Source of the DNA: Octopus bimaculoides
Lineage: Eukaryota
NCBI RefSeq assembly: GCF_001194135.2
Contig: NC_068986.1
Coordinates: 45,354,893 to 45,418,892, forward strand
DNA: 64,000 bases
Direction: 5' to 3'
Positions 12,872-25,357 of this stretch are shown here, in pieces. Positions within the stretch are counted from its first letter, which is position 1. Each line of letters begins with the position of its first letter. The notes under the pieces were generated by a model, which ran no database searches, had not been told where the DNA came from, and worked only from the letters and a program-made list of their open reading frames with translations. A program made the translations under genes and the position numbers.

Positions 12872-13245
12872 CACATACATACAATGACACACACACATGC
12901 ATGCGTACACACACATGCATGCGTACACACACATGCATGCATGTGCACACCCACCCACACACACATATTTGTGTGTGTATGTGCATGTGTCTCAGTATAA
13001 GTATATATGTACAAATCTTATCTTTTATCTGTTTCAGTCATTAGACTTTGGACTTGCTGGGGTACTGCCTTAAAGAATTCCAATTGAATGAATTGACCCT
13101 AGTACTTTTCTTTTGAAGAACTTATTCAATTGGTCTCTTTTGCCAAACCATTAAGTTATGGTGGTGTAAACACACCAACACCAATTGCCAAGTGGTGGTG
13201 TGAGACAAACACATAAGCATGCACACATAGATACATACATATATA

Positions 13246-13937
13246 CAGGGTGTGATGGGTAAATTGTCACCATTTTATATTTTTAATTTCGTGCATGTGC
13301 ATTGTTTGTTTTTGGTTTTGTCGATTACACAGAATAGTAGATTCAGTTGGGCACTGTCTGTGAGAAAACCAGCACCATGATGAAATTCACTCTGCCAGAA
13401 ATTTTGAAACAACATGCTGTACTGCTTGACGTTTGTGCCAGAAGCTCCAATACAAACATTTCAGAGTGTTTGGGTGTCGATCTGAGGACAATGCAATCTG
13501 AGGGACATGTACTGAGAATAATAAAAATCAAACATCCCGTCAACATCATAATGTGTGGAGTGATGGTGACATTACGCCTCCATCCATCTTCCCACACGGC
13601 CTCAGACTCAACACTGAGGCCTACATCAAGTGCCTGGAGGAGGTAGTGCTGCCCTGGGTAAACAGGGTGGCTGCTGGAAGACCCTGTCTGGCAACAGGAC
13701 CCTGCACCATGCCACACAAGCAGGAGAATCCAGTCATGGCTGTCAGACAATTTCTGCGATCACATCACTCCTAACATCTGGCCACCTAACTCCCCAGAAT
13801 GCAACCCCCATTGATTATTATGTATGGGGTGCAGTTAAGTGAGATACCAACAAAACAACTAGTAACACCAAAGATGAACTGAAGGCAAATATTATGGCAG
13901 CATTCACCAACTTAAACAAGGAGACTGTCCAGAATAG
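13246..13937 (+). mobile_element. Tc1/mariner-superfamily DD37D (maT-like) transposon, internally deleted; right end lost in gap
   Basis: Starts TA|CAGGGTGTGATGGG. The catalytic region reads WQQD(13698)PAPCHTSRR...IWPPNSPECNP[L]DYYVWG. There are 37 residues between the second and third D after removing a 1-nt insertion. The N-terminal HTH is fused directly to KHPV..MCGV. Confidence 0.85.
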
Positions 13938-14405
13938 NNNNNNNNNNNNNNNNNNNNNNNNNNNNNNNNNNNNNNNNNNNNNNNNNNNNNNNNNNNNNNN
14001 NNNNNNNNNNNNNNNNNNNNNNNNNNNNNNNNNNNNNNNNNNNNNNNNNNNNNNNNNNNNNNNNNNNNNNNNNNNNNNNNNNNNNNNNNNNNNNNNNNNN
14101 NNNNNNNNNNNNNNNNNNNNNNNNNNNNNNNNNNNNNNNNNNNNNNNNNNNNNNNNNNNNNNNNNNNNNNNNNNNNNNNNNNNNNNNNNNNNNNNNNNNN
14201 NNNNNNNNNNNNNNNNNNNNNNNNNNNNNNNNNNNNNNNNNNNNNNNNNNNNNNNNNNNNNNNNNNNNNNNNNNNNNNNNNNNNNNNNNNNNNNNNNNNN
14301 NNNNNNNNNNNNNNNNNNNNNNNNNNNNNNNNNNNNNNNNNNNNNNNNNNNNNNNNNNNNNNNNNNNNNNNNNNNNNNNNNNNNNNNNNNNNNNNNNNNN
14401 NNNNN
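13938..14405. other. Assembly gap (N run); other large gaps at 19627-20540, 31000-31430, 36705-36894, 41604-41656, 44848-44947, 59950-60847
   Basis: Runs of n, mostly flanked by (TA)n/(CA)n/(GA)n tracts. Confidence 1.
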
Positions 14406-14699
14406 GTAAATATCATAAGATAAATATAATAAATATAATAATAATAATAATAATAAATATAATATAATAAATATAATAATAATAAATATAATAAATATAA
14501 TAAATAAAATTATATTTATCTTATGATATTTACTTTACTTTATATTATACTTATTTATTGTGCTTTTAATTATTAATTTTTCTATATGTGATAGTGGATT
14601 TTCATCGATGAGTTCTTGAAAATTGGTTATTTTCCCTAAAACTATATATTTTACATATACATATATATATATATGTAACAACCATGTGTGTATATAAAC

Positions 14700-15100
14700 A
14701 AATGTACACTTGTTCTTTTAGAAGTGCTGAATGTGTATCATACGATACAGACAAGAAAGTGAACTTTCCGGGGGGTTGCGGGATGCAACGAATATTTTAG
14801 GAGGAATGAATAGGTAGATGAGTGAAGGCTTTGCTGGTGAGTGTGTTAAATAGTGGGGCACTGAAACAGAGTGACTCTCCCTAGACACAACAAAATATGC
14901 TTCAACAAACGAACTGACATAAAGAATCTTGCAAACCAAATCCAAAATCGAAATAACAAACAGAAAATTTGACAAAACCATAACAAATTATCAAATTCTC
15001 CATTTGTTATGCTTTCGTCAAATTTTCCATTTGTTATGTTTTTGTTAAATTTTTCTGTTTATTATGTTAAATCCTTGAGAAAAGCAATATATACATATTG
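14700..15100 (+). repeat. Interspersed repeat related to the right half of the palindromic element at 63753-64000
   Basis: 14860-14930 (GGCACTGAAACAGAGTGACTCTCCCTAGACACAACAAAATATGCTTCAACAAACGAACTGACAT) aligns with 63939-64000. Short internal tandem and inverted repeats lie at 14950-15070. Confidence 0.65.
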
Positions 15101-15104
15101 AGAA

Positions 15105-15455
15105 GACACGGCAACTAAAGTGAGATTGCAGCCATAGCTGATACCAATGTTGCATGTCCAGCTCATTTAAGAGTATTCTTTATGTGTCAGACGATATGAT
15201 ATGCTTGAGAAAACCTGTTGAGTCAAGTAAAACCAAAATCGTAGCTGTAGCTGGTGCCTCCTGACTGGCTCCAATTCCAGTGGCACGTAAAATGCATCAT
15301 TTGAATGTGATCGATGCCAATGTCCCCTGACTGACTCCTGTGCCAGTGGCACGTAAAAAGCACTGTCCAAACATAGTTGATGCCAGGTCCGTCTGACTGG
15401 CTCCCATGCTAGTGGCATATAAAAAGCACAATCTGAACGTGGCCGATGCCAGTAC
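15105..15455 (+). mobile_element. RTE 3'UTR fragment with about three 66-bp repeat units
   Basis: Repeated GATGCCAG...GACTGGCTCC..GCCAGTGGCACGTAAAAAGCA units, ending abruptly at the Helitron fragment. Confidence 0.7.
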
Positions 15456-15459
15456 CCAC

Positions 15460-16216
15460 TATTCCAACAGCTATTATGGAGTACAAATCAGTTGGATTCA
15501 GTCCTTGATGAAAATCAAGCTGTCCATTACCTAACAGAGTTCCTTAATTCTCTTGAGCCACCTGGTGCTCTTCCACAAACTTTTTCTAAAGGTAGGAGTC
15601 CTAATAATGCTTCTAAGAAATTTAGATCCTCCTAAATTATGCAATGGGACAAGGTTGATTGTGAAGACATTATCACCTAATGTGATAGAAACTACCATCA
15701 TCACAGGATGTGCCTCGGGGGAAGAGGTTTTCATTCCAAGAATTCCAATCAAACCAACAGACATACCATTTGAGTTCAATTGGACCCAATTCCCAGTGCA
15801 ACTTTGCTTCGCAATGTCTATTAATAAAGCTCAAGGTCAGACTTTGAAATCTACTGGCTTGCACTTAATTGAGCCTTTTTTTTTCTCATGGTCAACTTTA
15901 TGTTGGTTGCTCCAGGTAGTTTACAAGACTTATTTGTTCATGCTCCAAACCAGAAAAAATAAGAACGATGTTTACCGAGAAGCTCTTACATAATTTCCTT
16001 CAACATATGTAATAGAATTTCTCCCATGGCAAATTTTGTATTTTTGTTTTTTATTATTATTACTATTTTTTTTATATTACAAATTTAGAATTGACTTCCC
16101 AATTGAAGAACAAATTGATTTTAGAATAACAAATTTCTATACAACATATTTTGCTTTTTCCTTCCCATGTATAAGTAACAAGTTCATTCTCGGGCAATGC
16201 TGGGTGCCTCTGCTAG
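15460..16216 (+). mobile_element. Helitron 3' fragment with PIF1-like helicase C-terminus (pseudogenised)
   Basis: Translation gives EFLNSLEPPG..LKVGVLIMLLRNLDPPKLCNGTRL...FIPRIP...QFPVQLCFAMSINKAQGQTL, the RepHel helicase motifs. Ends with the GC hairpin remnant CTCGGGCAATGCTGGG and CTAG|T at 16213-16217. Confidence 0.92.
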
Positions 16217-16251
16217 TATATATGTATATATATATATATATATACACATGG

Positions 16252-16289
<38 letters not shown>

Positions 16290-16298
<9 letters not shown>

Positions 16299-16573
16299 TT
16301 TTATTCTTTTACTTGTTTCAGCCAATTGACTGTAGTCATACTGGAGCACTGCCTTAAAGGGTTTTAGTTGAAGAAATTGACCCCAGGACTTATTCTTTTT
16401 AGCCTAGTACTTATGTTATCAGACACTTTTGTCAAACTACTAAGTTACAGGGACATAAACATACCAGCATCAGTTGTCAAGTGATGGTGGGGGGACAAAC
16501 AGACACACACATGCATAAATATATACATGTATATACATAAATATATACATGTATATACATAAATATATACATG

Positions 16574-16617
<44 letters not shown>

Positions 16618-16750
16618 CAATGGGTTCTCTCTACCAAATCCACTCACAAGGTTTTGGTCAGCCTGATGCTGTAGTAGAAAAAATTGCACAGTGGGACTGA
16701 ACCTGGAACCATGTAGTTGAGAAGCAAGCTACTTACCACACAGCCACACC
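16290..16750 (-). mobile_element. SINE family C with internal (TA)n and minisatellite
   Basis: Tail GTTTCAGCCAATTGACTG...GACCCCAGGACTTATTC, then TA repeats, then head CCAAATCCACTCACAAGG...GCTACTTACCACACAGCCAC. Confidence 0.8.
16514..16579. repeat. 22-bp minisatellite x3 (CATAAATATATACATGTATATA)
   Basis: Three perfect tandem units, each containing the palindrome TATATACATGTATATA. Confidence 0.9.
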
Positions 16751-18360
16751 TTATCATCATCATTTAATGCCTTATATATACACGCACACACACAGACCAA
16801 CTCCCATACACATATGTGTATTGTACTATGCTTGGGTGTATACATAGCTGAGTATACATGCATAAGAAAGGAAAAGACATAAAACTTTGTGAATGAATTG
16901 AAATGCTTTATGATTACATCATTTTATCGGTATTTCAAGTTGATGTTTGACTTCTACAAAGGATCAAAAGAATTTGTAAATCCACATTTAGTTAGGTATA
17001 AAAGTGGGAGAGAAACATTAAAACACTAAATGAAGACAAACTTGGACATTTTGTGAGTGATCTTAGATACATAAGCTATTGTAAATCTTTTATGTTTTGC
17101 TTGTTTTAGTTATTGGTCTGTGACCATGGTGTACAGCCTTGAAGAGTTAATTTAAGAAAATCAACCACATTATTGTTTGTTTTTAATGTCTGGCATTTAT
17201 TGTATCAGTCTCTTTTGTTGAATTGCTAAGTCACGGGGATGTAAACTGACCAACTGTAGCTGTCGAGTGTTGGTAGAGAACAAACACAAACAAAGATGCA
17301 TGAATGCATGCACACAGACACACACACACATACACATATAATGGGCTTGCATACAGCTTCCATTTACCAAATCCACTCACAAGTCATTGGTTAGCCTGGG
17401 GCTATAGTAGAAGACACTTACCCAAAGTGTCACACAGTGGGACTGGATCTCAATAGTTACAAAGGAAGCTTCTTAGCCAGATGGTCTTGCCCGAGGAGGA
17501 TTTTGAAGAATAAACAGTGCCACTAATAATAACCATTGACCGATGAAATTGATTCCATTCTGATTCTTTTGGTGATGGGGTAATATAATTGTTTCATCAA
17601 TTATATATCTACCCATATTAAAAACAAAAAAAAGAAAGATGCTAAGCGGAAAAAAAGAAAAACAGCAACAAGCAGTTGCTGTAAGATTAAGTTGTTTTTA
17701 GATTAAGGTACTTGACTATTGAGACCATGATTAAAACCTTGTTATAGTCATAGTTACATGTTTCTAGAGTTTATGTGCCTAACTGACACTGCTACTGGAA
17801 AGATTAGCAGTACAAAAGATGTTTGGATGTTTGGCTATCAAAATAATTGCTCTAATGATATTTTAGAAAAAAAAAAAAAAAAAAAAATTAAAAAAAAAAA
17901 GGTAAGACCCTGTCTACATACATATTGACAAAGATATCAGATTAACAGATTAGCAACTCAAAGATGAGTGGTTTGTTTACTTTCCTTTAAGCTACATTTT
18001 TTTTTCTTGGCTGAAACATTTTGCTCAAATGGGTAAGTTCACCTAGCTGTACATAAGTAACCTCAATGCAGTAGAATTCATCACAATTCTTAGATAATTC
18101 CTGATTATAACTTGGATAAGGATATCCTCTGTCAAGCTAACTTGTAAATACCCTGCATTGATATGAAAGTTTCAGTATAATCTTACAAACAGGTTACGTG
18201 ACTCACTCATAGTAGAACAGTAGAACTGAAAGGACAGAGTGAATATAATGCTGGACTAAATAGCTCAGCTGATGTAGGTACAATCCACTATAAATTTTAT
18301 TTGAGATGGGCTAACATCCTACTCTAGAAGATATTTATCTCTTGTCTTCACCTGACATCT

Positions 18361-18583
18361 TTAACTCCTTTGATATCAACCCATCTGATACCAACCTTTG
18401 TTCTATGACATAAACTTTGTTTTAAAGTGATCTAAATTAAAACTTCCTATTAAAATTTCATGTTAATTTAGTTCAAACATGAGCTTAATAATGATAAAAC
18501 TTTCATCATATTTTTCATTATTTTCAAAATTAATTGAAAGAAAAATGTATATTTCAACAGAAATATGGGAACAAAAGGGTTAA
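18361..18583. mobile_element. piggyBac-like MITE, family 3 (degenerate)
   Basis: Ends are TTAACTCCTTTG and CAAAAGGGTTAA, with TTAA at both sides; ~220 bp. Confidence 0.55.
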
Positions 18584-19191
18584 ATATTCCTCAAGGTTTT
18601 GGAGATATTTACAAGATAGGTGTAGCAAATTGGAAGGTATTACTAACTAGTGTACAAGAAAATAATACAAATCTACTAAGGCAGATCTCTATGCACTAAA
18701 TAATTAACTAAAGCATACAGTACAATAAAATTACACAAGAAACAGTCAACCAGTTTTTTTTAAGGGTTTCTGTTCAACAGCTATGTACTTTATAGATATA
18801 TTACTTTGTTTAGACAACTGATATCTCTCACCCACAATATCTTTCTTCATATTCTACAGGAAAACAAAAATTCTGATTTTACTCCACAAAACTTACTAAC
18901 AGTAGTTAAAGAAAGCTTGGAATTATAAAGTAATTGTGAGAAATGTAACAAGCAAGTTTCCAAACCCAATTTTCAGTGATGATAATTCTTACAGAAATAA
19001 TTAGATAATATAGGTAATATTTCTGTTTCCTTATACAAATTATTTTTCAGTCATTTTCCACAGTTCTATTCCTTTTATTTAAAACTGGTCTCTCTATATT
19101 ACTATATTCCTTTTTTTTACCCTCACTGAAACCATCCAACAGACAGCTAGTGATTGCAGCAGTGGGAAGGCTCTTTTATTTGTTTATCTAA

Positions 19192-19357
19192 CTACTTATA
19201 AACTATATTTAGATTACAAAATCTCTTCTTCAACTTCCTTTTTGTCCAGGACAAAACAAGTGCAGCTGTAAGACCTAAGACAAACATAGCACACAGCAAG
19301 TCAGCATTTGTTGCTATTTCTGTAGTTCTGAAGATGCTTTCCTTAATAGTAACTATT
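19192..19357 (-). CDS. Candidate terminal coding exon with a C-terminal transmembrane helix
   Basis: Strong acceptor CCCTTATTTCCTTAG|A. It encodes IVTIKESIFRTTEIATNADLLCAMFVLGLTAALVLSWTKRKLKKRFCNLNIVYK*, a hydrophobic stretch followed by a basic cluster. AATAAA lies just downstream on the minus strand, followed by repeat-poor sequence. No homolog recognised. Confidence 0.45.
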
Positions 19358-19560
19358 CTAAGGAAATAAGGGTGTGTGTATATTTTATTTATATGGATAT
19401 TACACACTTATAAATATTACATAAAGATACGCCTGTATTTGTATTTATAGTGTGTGTGTCTGTGTATGTGTGTGTATTCATTCATTCATTCAAAACTGAG
19501 CCACCAAGTTTTTTATTTCCATAACATTCTTCAAGCCAACTTAACACACAGACATATGTT

Positions 19561-19617
<57 letters not shown>

Positions 19618-20540
19618 ACACACACANNNNNNNNNNNNNNNNNNNNNNNNNNNNNNNNNNNNNNNNNNNNNNNNNNNNNNNNNNNNNNNNNNNNNNNNNN
19701 NNNNNNNNNNNNNNNNNNNNNNNNNNNNNNNNNNNNNNNNNNNNNNNNNNNNNNNNNNNNNNNNNNNNNNNNNNNNNNNNNNNNNNNNNNNNNNNNNNNN
19801 NNNNNNNNNNNNNNNNNNNNNNNNNNNNNNNNNNNNNNNNNNNNNNNNNNNNNNNNNNNNNNNNNNNNNNNNNNNNNNNNNNNNNNNNNNNNNNNNNNNN
19901 NNNNNNNNNNNNNNNNNNNNNNNNNNNNNNNNNNNNNNNNNNNNNNNNNNNNNNNNNNNNNNNNNNNNNNNNNNNNNNNNNNNNNNNNNNNNNNNNNNNN
20001 NNNNNNNNNNNNNNNNNNNNNNNNNNNNNNNNNNNNNNNNNNNNNNNNNNNNNNNNNNNNNNNNNNNNNNNNNNNNNNNNNNNNNNNNNNNNNNNNNNNN
20101 NNNNNNNNNNNNNNNNNNNNNNNNNNNNNNNNNNNNNNNNNNNNNNNNNNNNNNNNNNNNNNNNNNNNNNNNNNNNNNNNNNNNNNNNNNNNNNNNNNNN
20201 NNNNNNNNNNNNNNNNNNNNNNNNNNNNNNNNNNNNNNNNNNNNNNNNNNNNNNNNNNNNNNNNNNNNNNNNNNNNNNNNNNNNNNNNNNNNNNNNNNNN
20301 NNNNNNNNNNNNNNNNNNNNNNNNNNNNNNNNNNNNNNNNNNNNNNNNNNNNNNNNNNNNNNNNNNNNNNNNNNNNNNNNNNNNNNNNNNNNNNNNNNNN
20401 NNNNNNNNNNNNNNNNNNNNNNNNNNNNNNNNNNNNNNNNNNNNNNNNNNNNNNNNNNNNNNNNNNNNNNNNNNNNNNNNNNNNNNNNNNNNNNNNNNNN
20501 NNNNNNNNNNNNNNNNNNNNNNNNNNNNNNNNNNNNNNNN

Positions 20541-20800
20541 AATACACTTTGGTGTATTGGAAGGGTTTATCTTACAAACTCTTCCTCATGTATATTCATG
20601 GCCTACTTGGTATTACTGCAAACAAACACTCACTCTGATGCACAGGATACTGCTCTTCACCCCCTCATGACTTTCTTGACACACACACATGTCATCCAGA
20701 TGAAACTTAGAAACTTAACACCAGGCATGAACTATTTTCTTGCAGAAAGACCTTGAAAACATCATCTAATGATGACACTATATGCACGCACACATACGCA

Positions 20801-20874
<74 letters not shown>

Positions 20875-21426
20875 CACAGACACACACATGCGTATGTGTG
20901 CGTGCATAGGAGGGGGTGTTTGTGTTTCCATGTCTTGATACTGTGTGATAATTGTAAATGAGCATTACTGTCATACAAGCAACTTCTTCCTTGAAAATAT
21001 GTTTGGCCATAGGGAAATATTACCTTACTCGGAAACAGGTGAGGATTGGTGACAGGAAGAGTATCTGGTGGTATGATGATGATGATGCTGATTAAGAGCT
21101 CTACCTATATCTTGTTGCTTGGTTCAGAAGTTTGCTCTCAGCTGCTTCACCACAGTGTTGCACAGATGGGGCACTATCCTGTCCACATTCAATACACTTT
21201 GGTGTATTGGAAGGGTTTATCTTCCAAACTCTTCCTCATGTATATTCATGGCCTACTTGGTATTACTGCAAACAAACACTCACTCTGATGCACAGGATAC
21301 TGCTCTTCACCCCCTCATGACTTTCTTGACACACACACGTCATCCAGATGAAACTTAGAAACTTAACACCAGGCATGAACTATTTTCTTGCAAAAAGACC
21401 TTGAAAACATCATCTAATGATGACAC
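20541..21426. repeat. Near-identical ~236-bp duplication (20541-20778 vs 21191-21426) beside a gap
   Basis: The two copies differ by only a few substitutions and a 2-bp CA indel. The first copy starts exactly at the gap edge. Confidence 0.9.
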
Positions 21427-24400
21427 GATAACCTAGTCTCTATCAACAGAACAAAGGCACACCCACTACATATATTAAAGAAACAGTCTTGCCCTAAATA
21501 CTTCCTTTACATACACAACACACTAATAAAACCCTCAAAATCTTTACAAATATTAGACCGCTCAAAATCTCCAGTATTCTTCTGTAGTGACTTCACATAC
21601 AGTCATCACTCAAAAGGACCAAGGCATAATGACATGTATCACAAAATAAAGATATAACGTTGCAAAGTTTGCTTCCTCCTCTTCAGAACCAGAAATACTT
21701 TAGCTTTCATTAATGTAACCTACATTACAGTACAGCTCATATATTGGAGAGAGTGGCGCTACCTCAGACCATTTTTTAAAATGCTAATTGATTGCTATTG
21801 ATGTCTAGCTTGATATCAATTCTGATTGAGCAAATCTATGATCAAACACATTCTGACCGGATTACCCTGACTCTGTAAGGCCATGTATAGGACTACATTA
21901 TCTCATGTTTCTTTTCTATTTTAAAACAGTAAGATGTGAAATTGAGAAGCATTTAGTCAATATTTTTAACAGGTTGAGCAACCATGTAGAGGCCCTCTTA
22001 TTCGTTTGTTGCCATTTGATTGATTAGCAAAAATTTATTCACTAAAACACTGCAACCACTGGCACATAGGCACATTTTATTCTCCATGACTCTTTTAGAA
22101 CTCCTATAAAAACTTTTGCACTGTCCCAATCACTTTGGTTACCTATTTCTCTTTCTCTCAGCCCCTCTTTTAACTCTATCGTTCTTTCCCAAAACTTCAA
22201 AATGAAGATCAAGCACAACAATGCCACTAGTCAGAATGAGCTTAATTAGTAATAATAAAAAGATTTAATGTTCAACTTCATATTTTCCTAAACAAAATTC
22301 CACAACCTAAATACTCACCAACATACCCTATAATTATTCAAGTCTGATAATTAATTAGATCTCTGCAATTTAATTACTAATCATTAAAGGATAGGCAATA
22401 TGCTTCACATCACTTTCCACTCAAGTTTGACAAACCTTTCCCTTCAATGTAACAATTTACATTTTGTTGAAGCACATAAACTAGCCTTTCAAATATCAAA
22501 AGCTATAGTAGTAGATAAAAAGCTAACACAGGTAAAAAGCACAACATAGAGAAAATTTGAAGGAAACTACAAGTTGTTGAAAAGGTAATCAAAAGAGTTA
22601 AATAATTATTGCATAACATACAACCTATAGTCTCTCAATTGTCTTGAGAGGCAAGCAAATCTCTTTCCACTAATTTTGCTGAATTTTCAACCATATCAAT
22701 TGTCCCCAGAGTATTTTTTTTTTACCAGATGTTTAAAGTATGATATATCATTTCAGAAATACTCTTGGCCTTTATTTCAATGTAATTATGTGTGCTTCCT
22801 TCTTGTGAGCCTGCACCTATGAGTCTATATTTAGGGAAGCTTATGGTTTCTTTCATAAAATAATGTTACTGATAGGATTGTGCGTGTTAGTCATCGAATT
22901 TCTTGGCTCATCCTGATATTCCAGTGCAACTCAATTTTGATGAAAATTAAAGAAAAAAAATCAATGCAACCATCATTAGTCATGTGGGAACAACTGTAGA
23001 TTCAGGCCAAACAATAATGAAAATATTTGTTGATTACTAAGAAAGAATACATTGTACTGATGAGGTCAAGCCAACTAGTCTTCATCCTATCTATCACAGT
23101 TATTAGTTCCCTTTCATTAGGTTTCATATGATCACAAAGAGAATTATACCTTGCCATTTGCCTTCTTTGTATACATAATAACCACTAGTTTTATAATGAA
23201 AGTAAGTGGCCTAAACGACAGTAACTGACTGAATAAATAATAACATTTACAAAGGATTTCAAATGCATGAGATCAGAGACATAGAAACTGGACAGGAACA
23301 CTATTATGAAATAATTTTAAATTAAGTAATGTACTTTGTATTAAAGAATGGCAATTGATTTGACAGATTCTGAAAGTTATAAAAATAACCAATTCATCCA
23401 TCTACTTGTATTATTATACTTTTATTACACTTGTATGTTATCAACTAAATGTTTAGTGAAGCATCTGTACATAACATGAAACAGTTTAATATTGTACAAG
23501 AAAGGCTGCTCAGTACACTAAGGCCCTGTGTAGATGACTTTTGAATGTTGAAGAAGGTCTGAAAAATAACATTAGTTGAGCTAATAAAATTTTGTATGTA
23601 AAACTTTGAGACTTTAAGAAAGGGTTTATTGTCTACCAACTCTCAGAACACTTTATAAAAACTTTATGCTAGATTTACTAATGACACAAAATAATCTTTT
23701 TTTTATCATTTATTCAGTTGGGGAGGACAGAACTCATGATTATTTCCAGAACTTCTGAGACTGGTGAGAGGAGGAAAATTATCCTCAGACTAGAGAACAG
23801 GCCTTTGAATGCTTACACCATAGCTGACTCTGCTAAAAGCACCCAAGGGTCAGATGCCAGTGTTTAATTGGGCAACAGACAAAGCTTACTATCCAATTCA
23901 AAGTTTATTCATGTATTGACAAAAATATAACCTCACAATGTTGTTGTTGGTTATCCCAGGTCATTTCTGATCTGACCAACCAAACCTATGATCAAAAACC
24001 TTGATTATCTTCTCATTTTTTGTTTTTTGGTTTAAGTGTATCTAGGACAGCATTATCCAGTCTACCTTCTTTGTTATTGTTATTTAACACCAGGTAAAAT
24101 AACTCTAGGAATTTAGATTAACATGGATGTTTGATGGGATGTTTTAACTGAGATCACTTTTAAACTGGAAGTTTGTAACATAGAAGCAGGAACAGTCCAA
24201 GGTAGGTTGGTATCAAATGGGTTAAACACTAGATCTACTTCAATCTATATTGTCTATATTGGTCAAAATTTTCAGTCAACTGATCATATTGGAGTTGTTT
24301 TTAGCTGTATTGTTTTTCAAGCTTTTAAACATCTCTAGAGGAATTTTTATTTCCTAATTGCTTGAATAATCTCAACTGACCAAAGATTTTCAGCTCACTA

Positions 24401-25127
24401 TATAACATATGTTAGACCTTATCACATTAATGTTTAGTATGCAGACCACCCTCACTGAAGTATTCTGCCCCTGCAGCCATATTATTTATTTTATAGATAA
24501 AATGAATTTAGTGACATGGCTAGCATATCAAGCTCAGGTATGGTTGTGTGATTATGAATTTTGGTTTCAAGTTTGGTCCCAATGCATGTCTTCTACTACT
24601 GCTCTGGGCTGACCAAGCCCTGTGAATGAATTTGGTAGATAGGAATAGAAAATAGCCTCTTTTGTGTGCGTGTGTGTGTGTGCGTGTGTATACATATGTA
24701 TTGTCAATCACACATACTCAATGTATGTGTGTTGTTTGTTTGTCAGTTCACTGTGGAATAGCACCTGTAAACATGTCTAGGATGTTCGTTGCTTAACAGA
24801 GGTTATTACCTCTCTTGGAAACAAGTACAGTTGGCAACAGGAAAGGCATCTGGTGCTCCAACATACTCTTGTTTCACTCATGCAAGCATGGAAAAGATGT
24901 TACAATTATGCTGATAACAATGTTGACATTAGGATGGGCATCTAGCTGTAGAAACCATGTCAAAGGAAACACCAGAGTACAACATAGTCTTCCAATCCAT
25001 TGGATCCTGTCAAGCTATACAGCTCATACCACCATAGAAGACAGACATTAGAAGATAATGATAATGGTATGCTACTTCATTCTATGTGAGAATGATAGAA
25101 ATGGTTACTGCCAGTCTATGAGTGAGT

Positions 25128-25357
25128 TTAACTCTTTAGCATTCAAACTGGCTATATCCAGCCAAAACATTCTACCAGTTTGTATGTTCAAACCAACCAG
25201 ATCTGGCATCTCACAACAACATTATCATGTCACTCTAAAAAATAAACACTCACATCATCGAAAACTCAAAGCTGTGAGATAATGCATGGTTAATTCAAAA
25301 CAATATGTATAAATAAGCATAACATTTGACAAAGTGGTCTGAACGTTAGAGAGTTAA
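25128..25357. mobile_element. piggyBac-like MITE, family 2
   Basis: Ends TTAACTCTTTAGCATTCA ... GAACGTTAGAGAGTTAA. The body is homologous to 50489-50707 and, inverted, to 40356-40583. Confidence 0.75.

Noticed and set aside
12724-13044. ORFs rich in YI, HT, CV or ER dipeptides throughout the window
   Set aside because: These are translations of (TA)n, (CA)n, (TG)n and (GA)n microsatellites.
15553-15993. Host PIF1 helicase gene
   Set aside because: Intronless, frameshifted, 5'-truncated and followed by a Helitron hairpin and CTAG end, so it is a transposon remnant.
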